From Eledone cirrhosa (Eukaryota), in NCBI GenBank assembly GCA_964016885.1, contig OZ024742.1, forward strand, positions 154,876,001-154,940,000: DNA of 64,000 nucleotides, given 5' to 3'. Positions 1 through 14,000 of this stretch are shown one piece after another. The position numbers were made by a program, and so were the translations under genes. Position 1 is the first letter of the stretch, and each line of letters begins with the position of its first letter. The notes beneath the pieces were generated by a model. The model was not told the origin of the DNA, made no database searches, and was given only the letters and a program-made list of their open reading frames with translations.

Positions 1-2167
<2,167 letters not shown>

Positions 2168-2746
2168 ATGAAAGACGTATAATAAGAAAATTTTAAAAAT
2201 TAAAAATTAACTTACTAAAATGTTCACTCCAACTAATTAATTTCTGTAAGGGAATAAATATAGTTACGTAATGTAACTATAGAGAAGTCCCTACGTCATC
2301 AGGGAGTCTATTCTCAGCTAAGTTCCCAGGCAATGCGCGGACACTAGGAACCCATATAAAAATAATAATTCAGTGGATGGAATAAAGCTAGAGGGGACTA
2401 AATTCCAGGGCACTGAAAAAATTCGCTGCCTCCTTGGTCAGTGGCAAATTCTAAAGATTCAATCACGTGACACTGAGGTTAATCAGTGAGGAGTGGGGTG
2501 GTATTATGACAAGAGCCTAACTACTACCATGAACCATAGCAGTAAATTTGGGCAAGTTTCGCTCAACAAATAATTTGGAGATTAATATAGAGAATTAGTA
2601 TATTTACCAACATATGTATACAGGTGTATACCCATGCTAGCAAATATATATGTTATGTCTTAGTACCTTTGTGGTTCTATGCAGGGGGATGCAGAACAAT
2701 TATATGAAAGACGTAAAATAAGAAAATTTTAAAAATGAAAAATTGA
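2168..2746 (-). mobile_element. Non-coding hammerhead-bearing Penelope-like pLTR / retrozyme-like unit (~537 bp plus repeated tail)
   Basis: Tail ATGAAAGACGT...AAAATTTTAAAAAT repeated directly at 2168 and ~2704; hammerhead at 2226-2307; 3' end joins (TA)n; a further tail copy lies at ~17317-17368. Confidence 0.7.
2226..2307 (-). ncRNA. Type I hammerhead ribozyme with long stem II
   Basis: Minus strand: ACUCC-CUGAUGA-CGUAGGGA...AUAGUUAC..GUAACUAU...UCCCUUACA-GAAA-U-UAAUUA-G-UU-GGAGU; stem I ACUCC/GGAGU; palindromic loop 3; C-A mismatch at base of stem II. Confidence 0.75.
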
Positions 2747-2907
2747 TTCTTTAGAATTTGCCACTACGGAGTGCAACTTGGAGTGCAACTACAGAGTGCA
2801 ACTTTGAGTTACTGCAGGTTCACCGCGGAGAGCACTCGATATTTAGGTTCCCTTCTGTGATGAGTTGTAGATCTATACAGACTTATATATATATATATAT
2901 ATACATG

Positions 2908-3019
<112 letters not shown>

Positions 3020-3036
3020 TACATATATATATATAC

Positions 3037-3102
<66 letters not shown>

Positions 3103-3139
3103 GTATATATACATATATGTATATATACATGTATATAAA

Positions 3140-3890
3140 TTATATACTTTCCTTATGCATATTAACGGCTGAGCAGCCTAATGTGTATATCAAGTGAGTT
3201 AATCGGCCGGGATACCGAAAATGATAAACGGAAAAAATGAAACGAAATTTCATTTCTCACTCTTAGTACGGATGTTACTTAAATATAAGTATGTATACAG
3301 ACGTACAGTAGTATGTATATATATATACATATATACATACATGCACACATATATATATATATATATGTACGTATGGATTCACCGAACATTTATTATAATG
3401 CTCGCTGTGTTTGTGAACAAACATTCCGTATTAAGCCATAGTGTCTAGCAACCATCGTTGCTCGTTTGTTCAACACTGACAAAGGAACGCTGTACTTGTT
3501 CCAAGCTTATTAGCTATCTTCAGCTACGTATACCTTGCTGCCAGATTGTTGAACCTATATACTTGCCTTATGCTTATTAATGGCTGAGTAGCCAATTTGC
3601 ATATCGAGTGGGTTAATCGGCCGGGTGCACCGAAAACGATAAACGGAAAAAATGAAACGAAATTTCATTTCCCGCTCTTAGTACGGCTGTTACTTAAATA
3701 TAAGTATGTACACGTACATACATATATGTATACAGACGTACAGTAGTATGTATATAAATATACATACATGCACACATATATATATGTGCGTATGGATTCA
3801 CCGAACATTTATTATAATACTCGGTGTATTAGGCCGTAGTGTCTAGCAACCATCGTTGCTCGTTTGTTCAACACTGATAAAGGAACGTTA
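3140..3890 (-). mobile_element. Tandem array of a ~415-bp unit (partial + full + partial) with a decayed hammerhead; retrozyme/pLTR-like
   Basis: TAAGTATG...CAGACGTACAGTAG recurs at 3286 and 3701; homologous to 41431-41896. Confidence 0.8.
3486..3529 (-). ncRNA. Degenerate hammerhead (GAAA changed to GGAA, weakened stem I)
   Basis: Minus strand: ACGUAG-CUGAAGA-UAGCUAAUAAGCUU-GGAA-CAAG-UA-CAGCGUU; homologous to the intact copy at 41681-41725. Confidence 0.65.
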
Positions 3891-3984
3891 TATATGTATA
3901 TGTATATATATATGTCGATCGACTTTCGTCAAATCGGACCGAGGAAACAATGTTTCCGTTGGTCTTTCCAATTGCTAGTACTCT

Positions 3985-4125
3985 CTATCGGTCGCAACTC
4001 CATATAGGCGGAGCAACGTGAAATAAAGTGTCTTGCTCAAGGACATAACGCATCGCCCGGTCCTGGAATCGAACTCACAACCTCACGATTAGGAATCGAA
4101 TTCTCTACCCACTCGGCCACACGCC

Positions 4126-4130
<5 letters not shown>
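3985..4130 (-). mobile_element. tRNA-derived SINE, 5' head with CORE/Meta/V-like GTCCTTGAGCAAGACAC domain
   Basis: Minus strand A box TGGCCGAGTGG and B box GTTCGATTCC, followed by TGTCCTTGAGCAAGACACTTTA. Confidence 0.8.
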
Positions 4131-4218
<88 letters not shown>

Positions 4219-4224
4219 ATAATA

Positions 4225-4317
<93 letters not shown>

Positions 4318-4346
4318 ATATATTATATATATATTATATATATATA

Positions 4347-4384
<38 letters not shown>
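4130..4384. repeat. (TA)n microsatellite
   Basis: Visible. Confidence 0.95.
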
Positions 4385-4388
<4 letters not shown>

Positions 4389-5035
4389 TATATTATCCGA
4401 TATATATAGTATATATTATCCGATATCTGCATTGCTTTATTGTACTACAATAAAACTCACCTCCTACATATATATATATATATATATATATAAGCCATAT
4501 TGCTTCTTTGATTTACATTTTTGTATATTTATTTTATCCATTCATTGAGATGCTTAAGTAATTAAGAATAATTAATATTTAAATATTGTTAATCTGCTCC
4601 TAATTTGTTGAGCTGTGTCAGACGGTCCCTTTGGCTGCTATTTCTAGCGGTATTGTAAGCAAGTGACATTTTGTTCATGTAACGGTTCAATTACACAATA
4701 TGCTTTTGTACAGCATACTAGAGCGGAAACTGGTAAGTAGAATTTTCTGGTAATTATGGTCTCTTTGAATTGAAGAATATTCCCCTGACACATTTGTGTA
4801 TTCTTCAAATATCGGTATTCTCCAATAGTTATACTTCCACAAATGAAACCATTGTAGGAAGACCTATATATGTGAGGTAGACTAAATTGTTGGTTTGTCT
4901 GGCTTATACTCCCATCAATAAAGTATATTCAGTTAAATTAAAGATGTATTATTGTTTCTCTGAATGATAACGTATCTATATATTTTATCCATCATTGAGA
5001 TGTTTAAGTATCTGAGACTAATTAACATTTAAGTA

Positions 5036-5123
<88 letters not shown>

Positions 5124-5377
5124 CATTTTCAACCGTCAAGTTAGTTTTCCACGGTTATGTCAGTATTTATGAAATAAATTTCGTGTTTTATCTGATGAAA
5201 GCGCACCAATATTGCCTTGATTGCCCTTGAAATATATATAATAAAATAATTATGGTTTTATAAATATAGTTTACATTTATTAATATATTGAATATTTACT
5301 CCATTTACTGTTGAATGCTCTAAATCAGTTATACACTTTTAAGTTTGTTGGAATCCCAACATATTAAATATAACTTC

Positions 5378-5381
<4 letters not shown>
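5124..5381 (+). mobile_element. pLTR-like hammerhead element, family A
   Basis: Homologous to 19846-20072 and to both arms of 38721-39276; flanked by (TA)n. Confidence 0.8.
5184..5248 (+). ncRNA. Minimal type I hammerhead ribozyme
   Basis: UGUUUUAU-CUGAUGA(5192-5198)-AAGCGCA...UGCCCUU-GAAA(5229-5232)-U-AUAU-A-UA-AUAAAAUA; predicted cleavage after 5240 (AUA). Confidence 0.85.
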
Positions 5382-5440
<59 letters not shown>

Positions 5441-5467
5441 TCCTTGCTTTATATATATATAAATATA

Positions 5468-5545
5468 TAATAAAGGTGTGGTAAGATACCAGGAGAACAA
5501 TAACGCACCGGAGTACTCAATACTTAGAGTAGTTGAGTGGGTACT
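5468..5545 (-). mobile_element. Family B pLTR-like 3' fragment
   Basis: GGTAAGATACCAGGAGAACAATAACGCACCGGAGTACTCAATACTTAG matches 10937-11015 and 16922-16995. Confidence 0.75.
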
Positions 5546-5989
5546 AGGAAAAGATTCAGGACCACATGTGTGTGTGTGTGTATTCCTTGCGTTCTCCATG
5601 TTTGTGGTAACCCGTCGCCGGCACGGCTAAAAAGCTTTAGTAGATACAAACAACTAATATACTACGAGGAATATTCTGAAACCGCCATTGGATATGAAGT
5701 CACAAAAGTTATAAGGAATATATAACTTTTGTCATATGTAATTACATTCATTCGAGAATCTATAAGTCTAATGTGCAATCGATTCCAGAGTCGAGAGCGA
5801 TCACTACTGATCGCACATTGAACTGATCGATTGCAAGCGTGCGTCTCGTGTTAATAAACATCATATTGATGTTTTAATCATTCTTTCATCAGAGGATGAT
5901 GATTTCAGTTTTTGCAACACTGATTTTCATTTTTCAGCCATGCAGCTTTCGCCATTAAACCTATCAAGTGCAAGTCGGAGATCATCTAA

Positions 5990-6305
5990 TAATAATATTA
6001 TTATTTCCTTGGAGTCTCAGTCATTAATGTTACTTAACTGGAAAGATTGTTCAAATGGACATCAAGCCGCTACCTGAACGTATCGGAGCGTTTTTGCTGT
6101 TCCTTTTGAAGTGTTCCAGAAAAGGGAGGCTGGACGAATGTTATTTAACAAACCTTGAAAACTCTTCGAGATAGTACCTAGTATTTCTACGACAATCGGG
6201 ACGACCTTGATCTCCTGAGAGTCCCAAATGCTTTTTTAAATCCCACTTTAAATCCTGGTATCGGTTAATTTTCTCCTTCTCCTTTTCTTGCACTCTTGTG
6301 TCAAA
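5990..6305 (-). mobile_element. R4/Dong-like non-LTR retrotransposon 3' remnant (restriction-like endonuclease region)
   Basis: Minus strand PFDTRVQEKEKEKINRYQDLKWDLKK, then after a frameshift IVVEILGTISK; short TAA tail. Confidence 0.75.
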
Positions 6306-6531
6306 TGGGCGGTGGATTGGCAGTATCGGTAGAGCGTCGGACACCATGCTTTGCAGTATCGGTAGAGCGTCAGACACCGTGCTTTGCAGCATAGAGTTAT
6401 GACCCTCTACGTTCTGAGTTCAAATCCCACCGAGGTTAATTTTGGCATTCATCCTCACGGGGTCGATAAAATAAAGTCCCAGTAATGCACTGGGGTATTT
6501 GCAGGTCTTGGCGTAAAGTAGAAACAATTAT
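6306..6531 (+). mobile_element. tRNA-derived SINE with Deu/Nin-like central domain; internal 33-bp tandem duplication (6320-6385)
   Basis: B box GAGTTCAAATCC; TTCATCCTCACGGGGTCGATAAAATAAAGT; tail GTAGAAACAATTA. Confidence 0.9.
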
Positions 6532-6540
6532 TATTATTAT

Positions 6541-6695
6541 AATGGTAGTGAATTGATAGTGTCGGTGAAGCGTCAGGCACCGTGCTTTGCTGCTTACGGG
6601 GTCGATAAAATAAAGTAACAATAACGCACTGGGGTCGATTTATCGACTTTTCCCTCCACAAAATTGCTGGCCTTGTACCTATAGCAGAAATCATT
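6541..6695 (+). mobile_element. Second, internally deleted copy of the same SINE
   Basis: CTTACGGGGTCGATAAAATAAAGTA...GCTGGCCTTGT...AGAAATCATT. Confidence 0.8.
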
Positions 6696-6873
6696 ATTAT
6701 TTTTATTAACACTCTGCTTCTTAAGGATATAGGCTTCGGTGAAATACGAAAGGTAGAATACCCAATCTGTAGCCGGTCCCATATAAACCTTGAGTGCTTA
6801 AACGGTGATCCAATATAAAGTAAACATTACACACCAATAACATTTATATATACACATATATACATATACGAAC

Positions 6874-6982
<109 letters not shown>

Positions 6983-7079
6983 CAGAAAAGAAACATGGAG
7001 GTGGTCACACCCAAATCATTTTAAATCCAAGTTTTCCCCTTCAAAATAATCCATCTCGGGTATATCGCACTTTCCCATA

Positions 7080-7400
7080 CTTCTACACCACGCCTCCATG
7101 CACTGATGTTAGGATGCTCCGCCGTCACATACTTCTTGATCGCTCAGGTACTTGATCTTTGAGTCATAATCGAAGATCCATGACTCGTCGCCAGTGATGA
7201 CTCTCCCCACCAAATATTGTTCGGTTTCAAGTCACTCGAGGATGTCCTGACACATCAGCATGCACCGCACTTTTTGTTCATCGTTCAGCAACTTCGACAA
7301 CATCTTCGCGCAGATCTTTCGCATGCGCAAATCTCCTGTGATAATCTTCCACAAGATGTCGCGGGTCATTCCTAGCCCATTTGCACTCAATGAAAGACAG
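7080..7400 (-). pseudogene. Mariner transposase fragment
   Basis: Minus strand LRMRKICAKMLSKLL...CQDILE*...RVITGDESWIFDYD (first catalytic Asp motif); in-frame stop. Confidence 0.9.
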
Positions 7401-7499
7401 CCATCAATCGCCACGTCGCACGTGAGTCACGCGCCCAACATTAGCTCCTGTTCCACTCGTAAACAAAATAAACATAAACTTCCGTTACTGGAGTAGGGT

Positions 7500-8250
7500 T
7501 TGAAATGTTGTACCACTCGAAATCCCTGGATCTATCCAAATCGTTTATTCGTGTTTTTACGTCATGTTTTCAAATCTTGCCTAAGCGCTGCATCTTGGAT
7601 TCGTCACATTACGGCAGCATTTGGGTTACACACCATTGTCTGACTGCAGTATCAGAGACTGGCTCTTACGCTTCCACTCCGTTGTTTACACTCTTGATGA
7701 TCAAACGCACAGAGGACATCATCTGACTACAATGCCGAGCAACAGCCTGAGCTTGTGGATCCCGACCCACGTCAGAAAACACGAAAACTCTCCGAGGAGC
7801 TCTGGGTATCGAAATAACAACTCCTAATTAGTTGCATCCAATAGGGAAGGTGTCCTAAATGGACCCATGGGTGCATCACAGTCTGATGGACCACAATCAG
7901 GAATGTCGTGTTGCAGCTTGTACCTCCCTGCTTTCCTATTATTGCACAAATAACTGGTTATGTTCCATTGTCACTAACGTTGAAAAATGGTGTTTGTATA
8001 TTAATATCAAGCGTAATCAATCGTTCGTTGATAAAGATAGATTGCCTCAAAGCAAGCAAAGGCAGGTCTCCTTCCTCGCAAGGGCCTAATGAGGGTCTAG
8101 TGGGATTGGAAAAGTGTCAACTACTACGAGCTTCCTCTTCCTGACAACGATTAGCCGCATACATCAAGGATAACCGACGAGAAGCTGCTGGATCTCGGTT
8201 GGGATGATCTGTTCTACCCGTCGTATTCGTCCGACCTCGCTCCAACAGAC
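7500..8250 (+). pseudogene. Second, divergent mariner transposase remnant
   Basis: WVHHSL (WVPHEL-like), WLCSIVTNVEKWCLY (VTGDEKW-like), LGWDDLFYPSYSSDLAPTD (YSPDLAPSD-like); frameshifted. Confidence 0.88.
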
Positions 8251-8339
8251 ATGTTTCCCCCTGTGAGCAAATGGCTGGCGGAATTCTTTGTAATTCATGT
8301 GCCTTCCTAAAAGATGACAGACGGTAATTGCAAGTGATG

Positions 8340-9570
8340 GCGATTATACTTAACCTCATTGTAAAAGATGTCTGTCTCCCTGTCCTTTCATCATATCAGC
8401 AAAGTCATGGAACGGATCATCAGGCGGAAACTGATCACTTTTATAGAGTAAAACGGTCTCCTAACTAACACCCAGCATGGTTGATGATGTCCAGGTAGAT
8501 GATGTGTTACGATGCTTAATCCCGCCGAGGTTGACTTTGCCTTTCATCCTTACGGGGTCGATAAAATAAAGTACCAATAATGTACTGGGTATTTGCTGGC
8601 CTTGTGCCAATAGTAGAAATAATTATGAGTGTATACTCAGACAGCTAATTGACAGTTATAACGTAGATGTGATATATCTCGACTTTGCACAGATCTTCTA
8701 CATGGTTTCTCATGGAATGATGTGTCACAAACTATGTGGCATTCGTATAGCTGGTAAACTAGGTGAATGGCTTCATGACTTCTTTAAGGACAGGAGACAG
8801 ATTGTTGCAGCCAACGGAGCCCCCTCAAAGGAAGTGACAATAGCAGGCGGCGTAGCGTCAGTAATCATCCCACAAACACAGGACCACCACAACTAAGGTA
8901 CACTGGACGAGGAGGAATCGAAATCCCAGAGTCAAAATCAATACGATCCCTGAGTATTGACATGAGCAATGATATTTCGTTTCATATCACACATCACCAA
9001 AGTGACAGAAATGAGCACACAACTGGCGGGTTGGATTTTGAGAAGATTCAGGAGAGAGGCGTGGAAACCATGCTGGTCCTCTGGAGTATTTTCGTCCTCA
9101 GCTGACTGGATCGTACAGTCGAACTAACTGCAGAATTCGAAGCAATCAAACGAAGCTACACCAAGAAAATTGCCTCAGTGAAACAGATGAGCTACTAGGA
9201 GAGGCTGAAGAAACTAAAGCTTTACTTGGAGTGGAGACGGGTGAAATAGGCAGTGAAATACATATGGAATATCTTGGAAGGTTGAGCACCGAACTTTGGC
9301 ATAAAACGCAGGAGCACCCGAGCAGGACGCCACTGAGAATTACCAAATTTCCCATCCGTTGCGTAAAATAATGAAAACACACTGCAGTCGTTTGAGGTTC
9401 AAGAGACCCCATCTTTTTTTATAAGTGTCAAACTCTCCGAGATATCTACATAGTTTACATATAGATTTGTTCAAGAGACCTCTCGACATTCTACTGACAA
9501 AGATACGGGATCAACCCACAGCCCGAGATGAAGCACGAATAAGGAGCAGCGGTTCCCTTTTCCTTCAATG
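8340..9570 (+). pseudogene. Decayed CR1-like LINE reverse transcriptase and C-terminal region
   Basis: SKVMERIIRRKL..NGLLTNTQHG; DVIYLDFAQIFYMVSHG...GKLGEWLHDFFKDRRQIV; Y*ERLKKLKL; many stops and frameshifts; interrupted by a SINE. Confidence 0.88.
8512..8625 (+). mobile_element. SINE 3' half inserted into the CR1-like LINE
   Basis: CCCGCCGAGGTTGACTTTGCCTTTCATCCTTACGGGGTCGATAAAATAAAGTACC. Confidence 0.9.
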
Positions 9571-9756
9571 GCAAACAAGGGAAGGTTAGATATATAAAGT
9601 GTCGCATCGGTGGCGATGCCTCAGTATGGCCACAGTCCCTCGACTCGAACACATTATAGAATAATATTTTCATATCTCTCTTTCTCTGTGTATATATATA
9701 TATGTATTCACACACTCATACATACATATAAGAAGTTGCGGTCATTACTTTTTATG

Positions 9757-9820
9757 CACACACACACGCACACACACGCGCGCACACACACACACGCACA
9801 CACTCACACACGCACACACA

Positions 9821-9859
<39 letters not shown>

Positions 9860-9890
9860 ACCCACACACACCCACACACACACACCCACC

Positions 9891-9972
<82 letters not shown>

Positions 9973-9986
9973 CACGCACAGACGCA

Positions 9987-10027
<41 letters not shown>

Positions 10028-10037
10028 ACACACACAC
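9757..10037. repeat. (CA)n microsatellite
   Basis: Visible. Confidence 0.95.
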
Positions 10038-10280
10038 ATGTATATAACATATACAATTAGCGCACACCTATGTAAGATTGGGCAGAAGAAGTTGATAGAA
10101 CTCAATGCAGTTTTGCAGGGGTAGATTTATTACGATAATCCTTTCGATGGTTACGTTACTGTGGTAGACATCGGTGCCACAGGGTATCTTCGAAGAATGT
10201 ACTCAGGCTGCAGAATCATTAAAATACATGTATTTTAAACAATGAAAATAAAATATATTTAGGCTGTTAAGAGGACTTCG

Positions 10281-10413
10281 TTGTGTTACGCTCGTTTCAG
10301 TATGCTGATTTATCATGTTAAATCGAATGATCGAACACTTAGTAGTGTTTGATTCACCACCTTTATTTAGTACCAATATTCGAGATCAATCACTCCGACT
10401 TCCTCAGAAAAAA
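10281..10413 (-). ncRNA. Probable hammerhead with long stem II and eroded stem I, inside an inverted repeat (10293-10345 / 10426-10468)
   Basis: Minus strand: CUGAGGA-AGU...ACU-GAAA-C-GAGC-G-UA-ACACAA. Confidence 0.5.
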
Positions 10414-10539
10414 TTGTTCGTTTTGTTCGATCATTCGATTTACAGTGTTAAATCAGCCCTCTGAAACGGGTGGTGGGGGACAATAAAGTACTGTTAACTA
10501 CCTACACTTTACTTTTCTTTTTTTTCTCATTTTCAAAAT

Positions 10540-10606
<67 letters not shown>

Positions 10607-10631
10607 GTTCATGCAATTGACTTATGTTTCG

Positions 10632-10699
<68 letters not shown>

Positions 10700-10880
10700 C
10701 ATGCGAAATATATAAGGAGAGAGATATAAAAGAGCGAAGGAGAAAAGGGAATCGGATGTTCTAGGCTTCTCTCCATTTGAACACAACCCTTCCTGACCGG
10801 CTAATGTAACTTCATGTATATAACTACCACTGTCGAACTTTGAGTCTTGTCACTTATATATATATTTATATATGTATATG

Positions 10881-10936
<56 letters not shown>

Positions 10937-10938
<2 letters not shown>

Positions 10939-11115
10939 CGAAGGAAAAGTGGTAAGGAACCAGGTGGACCATAACGCACCAAAGTACTCAATACTTAGGG
11001 TAGTAGAGTGGGTAATAGGAACGAGTAGCACCCGACGGCTGAGCTCAAGCTGTTTCGACGATCCAGAATTAGCCGTCGAAACGGCTTGAGCTCAGCCGTC
11101 GGGGTCCTACTCGTT

Positions 11116-11153
<38 letters not shown>

Positions 11154-11350
11154 CATATTTATATATATATGAAAAAAGTCAGAAGCCCAACGGATGAGCT
11201 CCAGCCGTTTCCACATACCGAGCTGCCGAAACGGCCGAGGCTCAGCCGTCGGGGTCCTGACTATTTTCCTATTAAACACTCTACTACCCTAAGTATCGAA
11301 TACTCTGGTCCGTTATGGTCCACCTGGTTCCTTACCACACTTCCTTCGTT
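10937..11350. mobile_element. Family B pLTR-like element as nested inverted repeats around a TA spacer
   Basis: 10937-11060 is inverted relative to ~11225-11350; internal hairpin 11015-11120. Confidence 0.85.
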
Positions 11351-12139
11351 ATATATATATATATATTTTTTTTTTTCGCTTGAGATATCATTGAGTAGGT
11401 AATAGGAAAATGAATTATAGTGTAGATAGAGAGACTTAGCAAAATACACATACACACTCCTTCATACATACACACACACATACATTAATTCCTTCAATCA
11501 TATTGTTTTTATTTCGACTTTTGCCAGCCGGTTGGCTGAGGCCATACTGGTGCACCGCTTTTAAATAAGTTTAATTTGAATGGTGACGAATTTGAACCGT
11601 CGACCACGCCAGTTATCGTTTCTATGACTTACCTGTAGACAAACTAGCCGATATATATACAGAGAGAGACAGAGGAGAGAGATCGATAGATTGATGTGTT
11701 TGTGTGTGTGTACCTGTAGATAGATATTTCGATAAGTAGGTACATACTTGCACAGGTAGACACCCACCCACTCATATTTACACCCACACCAGCCCCAAAA
11801 CACACCCACCCACCCATACACCCACACAGACACACACACATACACACAACACACATACCCAACACACACACATATATATATATATATGTGTATGTATACT
11901 TGTTAACTAGACAGGAGGAAGCGAAATTTTAATATAAAAATATTACTGATATATAATAAAGAATGCTGAGATGAGAATGAGAGACGAAATGACAAAAGGT
12001 GTCAAAGTTTATGGTGATAGAGAGAAGGAATGAGATATATGGAGGAAGAGAATATGACAAAGAGAAATGAAGTAAATTGAGAAAAAATATGGACGGAGAG
12101 AAAGAAAGATGTCCGGGCCGGTAGGAAAGACAGATATTT

Positions 12140-12143
12140 ATAA

Positions 12144-12217
<74 letters not shown>

Positions 12218-12403
12218 TTCTTTATTAGCCACAAGGTAGATAGATAGGTATATAGATAATTAAATAGATAGACAGATAGTGTGTCTCAGAGAGTGAGAGA
12301 GAGAGAGCGAGATAGAGATAGATAAATAGATAGATAGACATACAGATAGAAAGATATATAGATAGATAGAGAGAGAGGGTGAGATAGTGAGATAGATAGA
12401 GAG

Positions 12404-12490
<87 letters not shown>

Positions 12491-12666
12491 TGAAACCTGA
12501 AACAATGCATGAGATAGCGAGCGAGCGAGAGAGACACTATATAGCTTAGTGTGCAGGCGGCAGTGAAAGGTGTAAACAGTTAGATTTCTAAAAGGAGATT
12601 GGAGATAGAGAGAAAGGGATATATATTATATATGAGAGATAGAATCTGATTACTCTCTCTCTCTTT

Positions 12667-12750
<84 letters not shown>

Positions 12751-12753
12751 CTC
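12140..12753. repeat. (GATA)n, (GA)n and (CT)n microsatellite cluster
   Basis: Visible. Confidence 0.95.
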
Positions 12754-12959
12754 TATATGTATATAGTGCAAGAAGAGGGAAGAGACAGATAGAAGCAACG
12801 AATCCCTGTGAAGGGTGAGAGTTAGAGAAAGGGAAGAGACTAAAGAAAAGGGAGAAAGTTAGAGAGAATAATGAGGCGAATGAGGGGGCAGGAAACAAGC
12901 GAGTGTTAGAAAGCGAGAGAGAGAGAGAGTGAAAAAGTGTGTATGTGTGTGTGTGAGAA

Positions 12960-13934
12960 AGTCAATGCTGAAGCGAAAACCATTCCAACTAGCCTACGAT
13001 CAGCGGAGAAGAACGACGACACCCATAACAACGCTTAAACGAGAAGCGAAAGAGTTCTTTTCGCGGGGTGCCAGAGTTGTCTTAGAAGGGATGTGATAAA
13101 CACACGAAAACCCCCCAATTACATTTTGGGATTTAATTGTAAACGACTGCTAAAAAGAAACAAATAAAAAAAAAATTAACAAAAAAATAATAATAATCAA
13201 ACACCGCCATCATCACCAACATAATCACCAACGCCACCACAACATCAGTGACAGCAATTGTATCAATAGCAGCAGCAACAATATCAGCCAAGCAAGCGAA
13301 CGGAAACACAAACTACTGACCGGAAAAATTAAAAAAAGACTTGATTGAAATCATCGTAAAGCTTGGAATTACAACAACAATTACAACAAAAGACGGCAAC
13401 ACATCTTTCATTTATTGTAACCTTCACCTGTTTTTGTATTTCATTGATACGATAACAACAATAGATAAGAAGAACAACTATAACAACTACAATTATGCAA
13501 AGTAAACGTGAAAACATTACAAAACAATGCATTACCTTTAAAGAGCAACAGGAGTATTACAAAACAAAAATAAGGAAGTTACTTTAAAGTGAAAGTAGTT
13601 AAAAAGAGACAGACAAAACAAAAATAAGGAAAAAAAAGAAGAAAAAATGAAAGAAAAACGAAAGTATTGTATTGGTATTTATTAAAAGCTACCGAAGAGA
13701 AAATATGAAAACTAAGTAAAGAATAAAAATTTATGAGAAATGTAAAGGTAACAAAAAAAAAAACACAGCGTGTGATAATATATTACATGAAAGTAACATT
13801 TAACTTCGCAATACCCCGATACTTGTGAAAGTCACTGATCAAGATAATGAAGATTTTGATATTAATGAGGAATATGAAGATGGTGATTATGATGTTTGCA
13901 CTAGTAATCAATATATATTCTTAAAATACAAAAG
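12960..13934 (+). other. Possible non-coding first (5' UTR) exon of the host gene; start uncertain
   Basis: TE-free, A-rich island with a CpG-containing start, downstream of GA tracts; ends at AAG|GTACGG donor-like site. Confidence 0.3.
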
Positions 13935-13947
13935 GTACGGGCCTCCC

Positions 13948-14000
<53 letters not shown>

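Noticed and set aside
4030-4130. tRNA gene
   Set aside because: A and B boxes belong to a SINE head continuous with a SINE body; no acceptor stem
5840-5900. Minus-strand CUGAUGA with a downstream hairpin
   Set aside because: GAGA instead of GAAA and no stem I pairing
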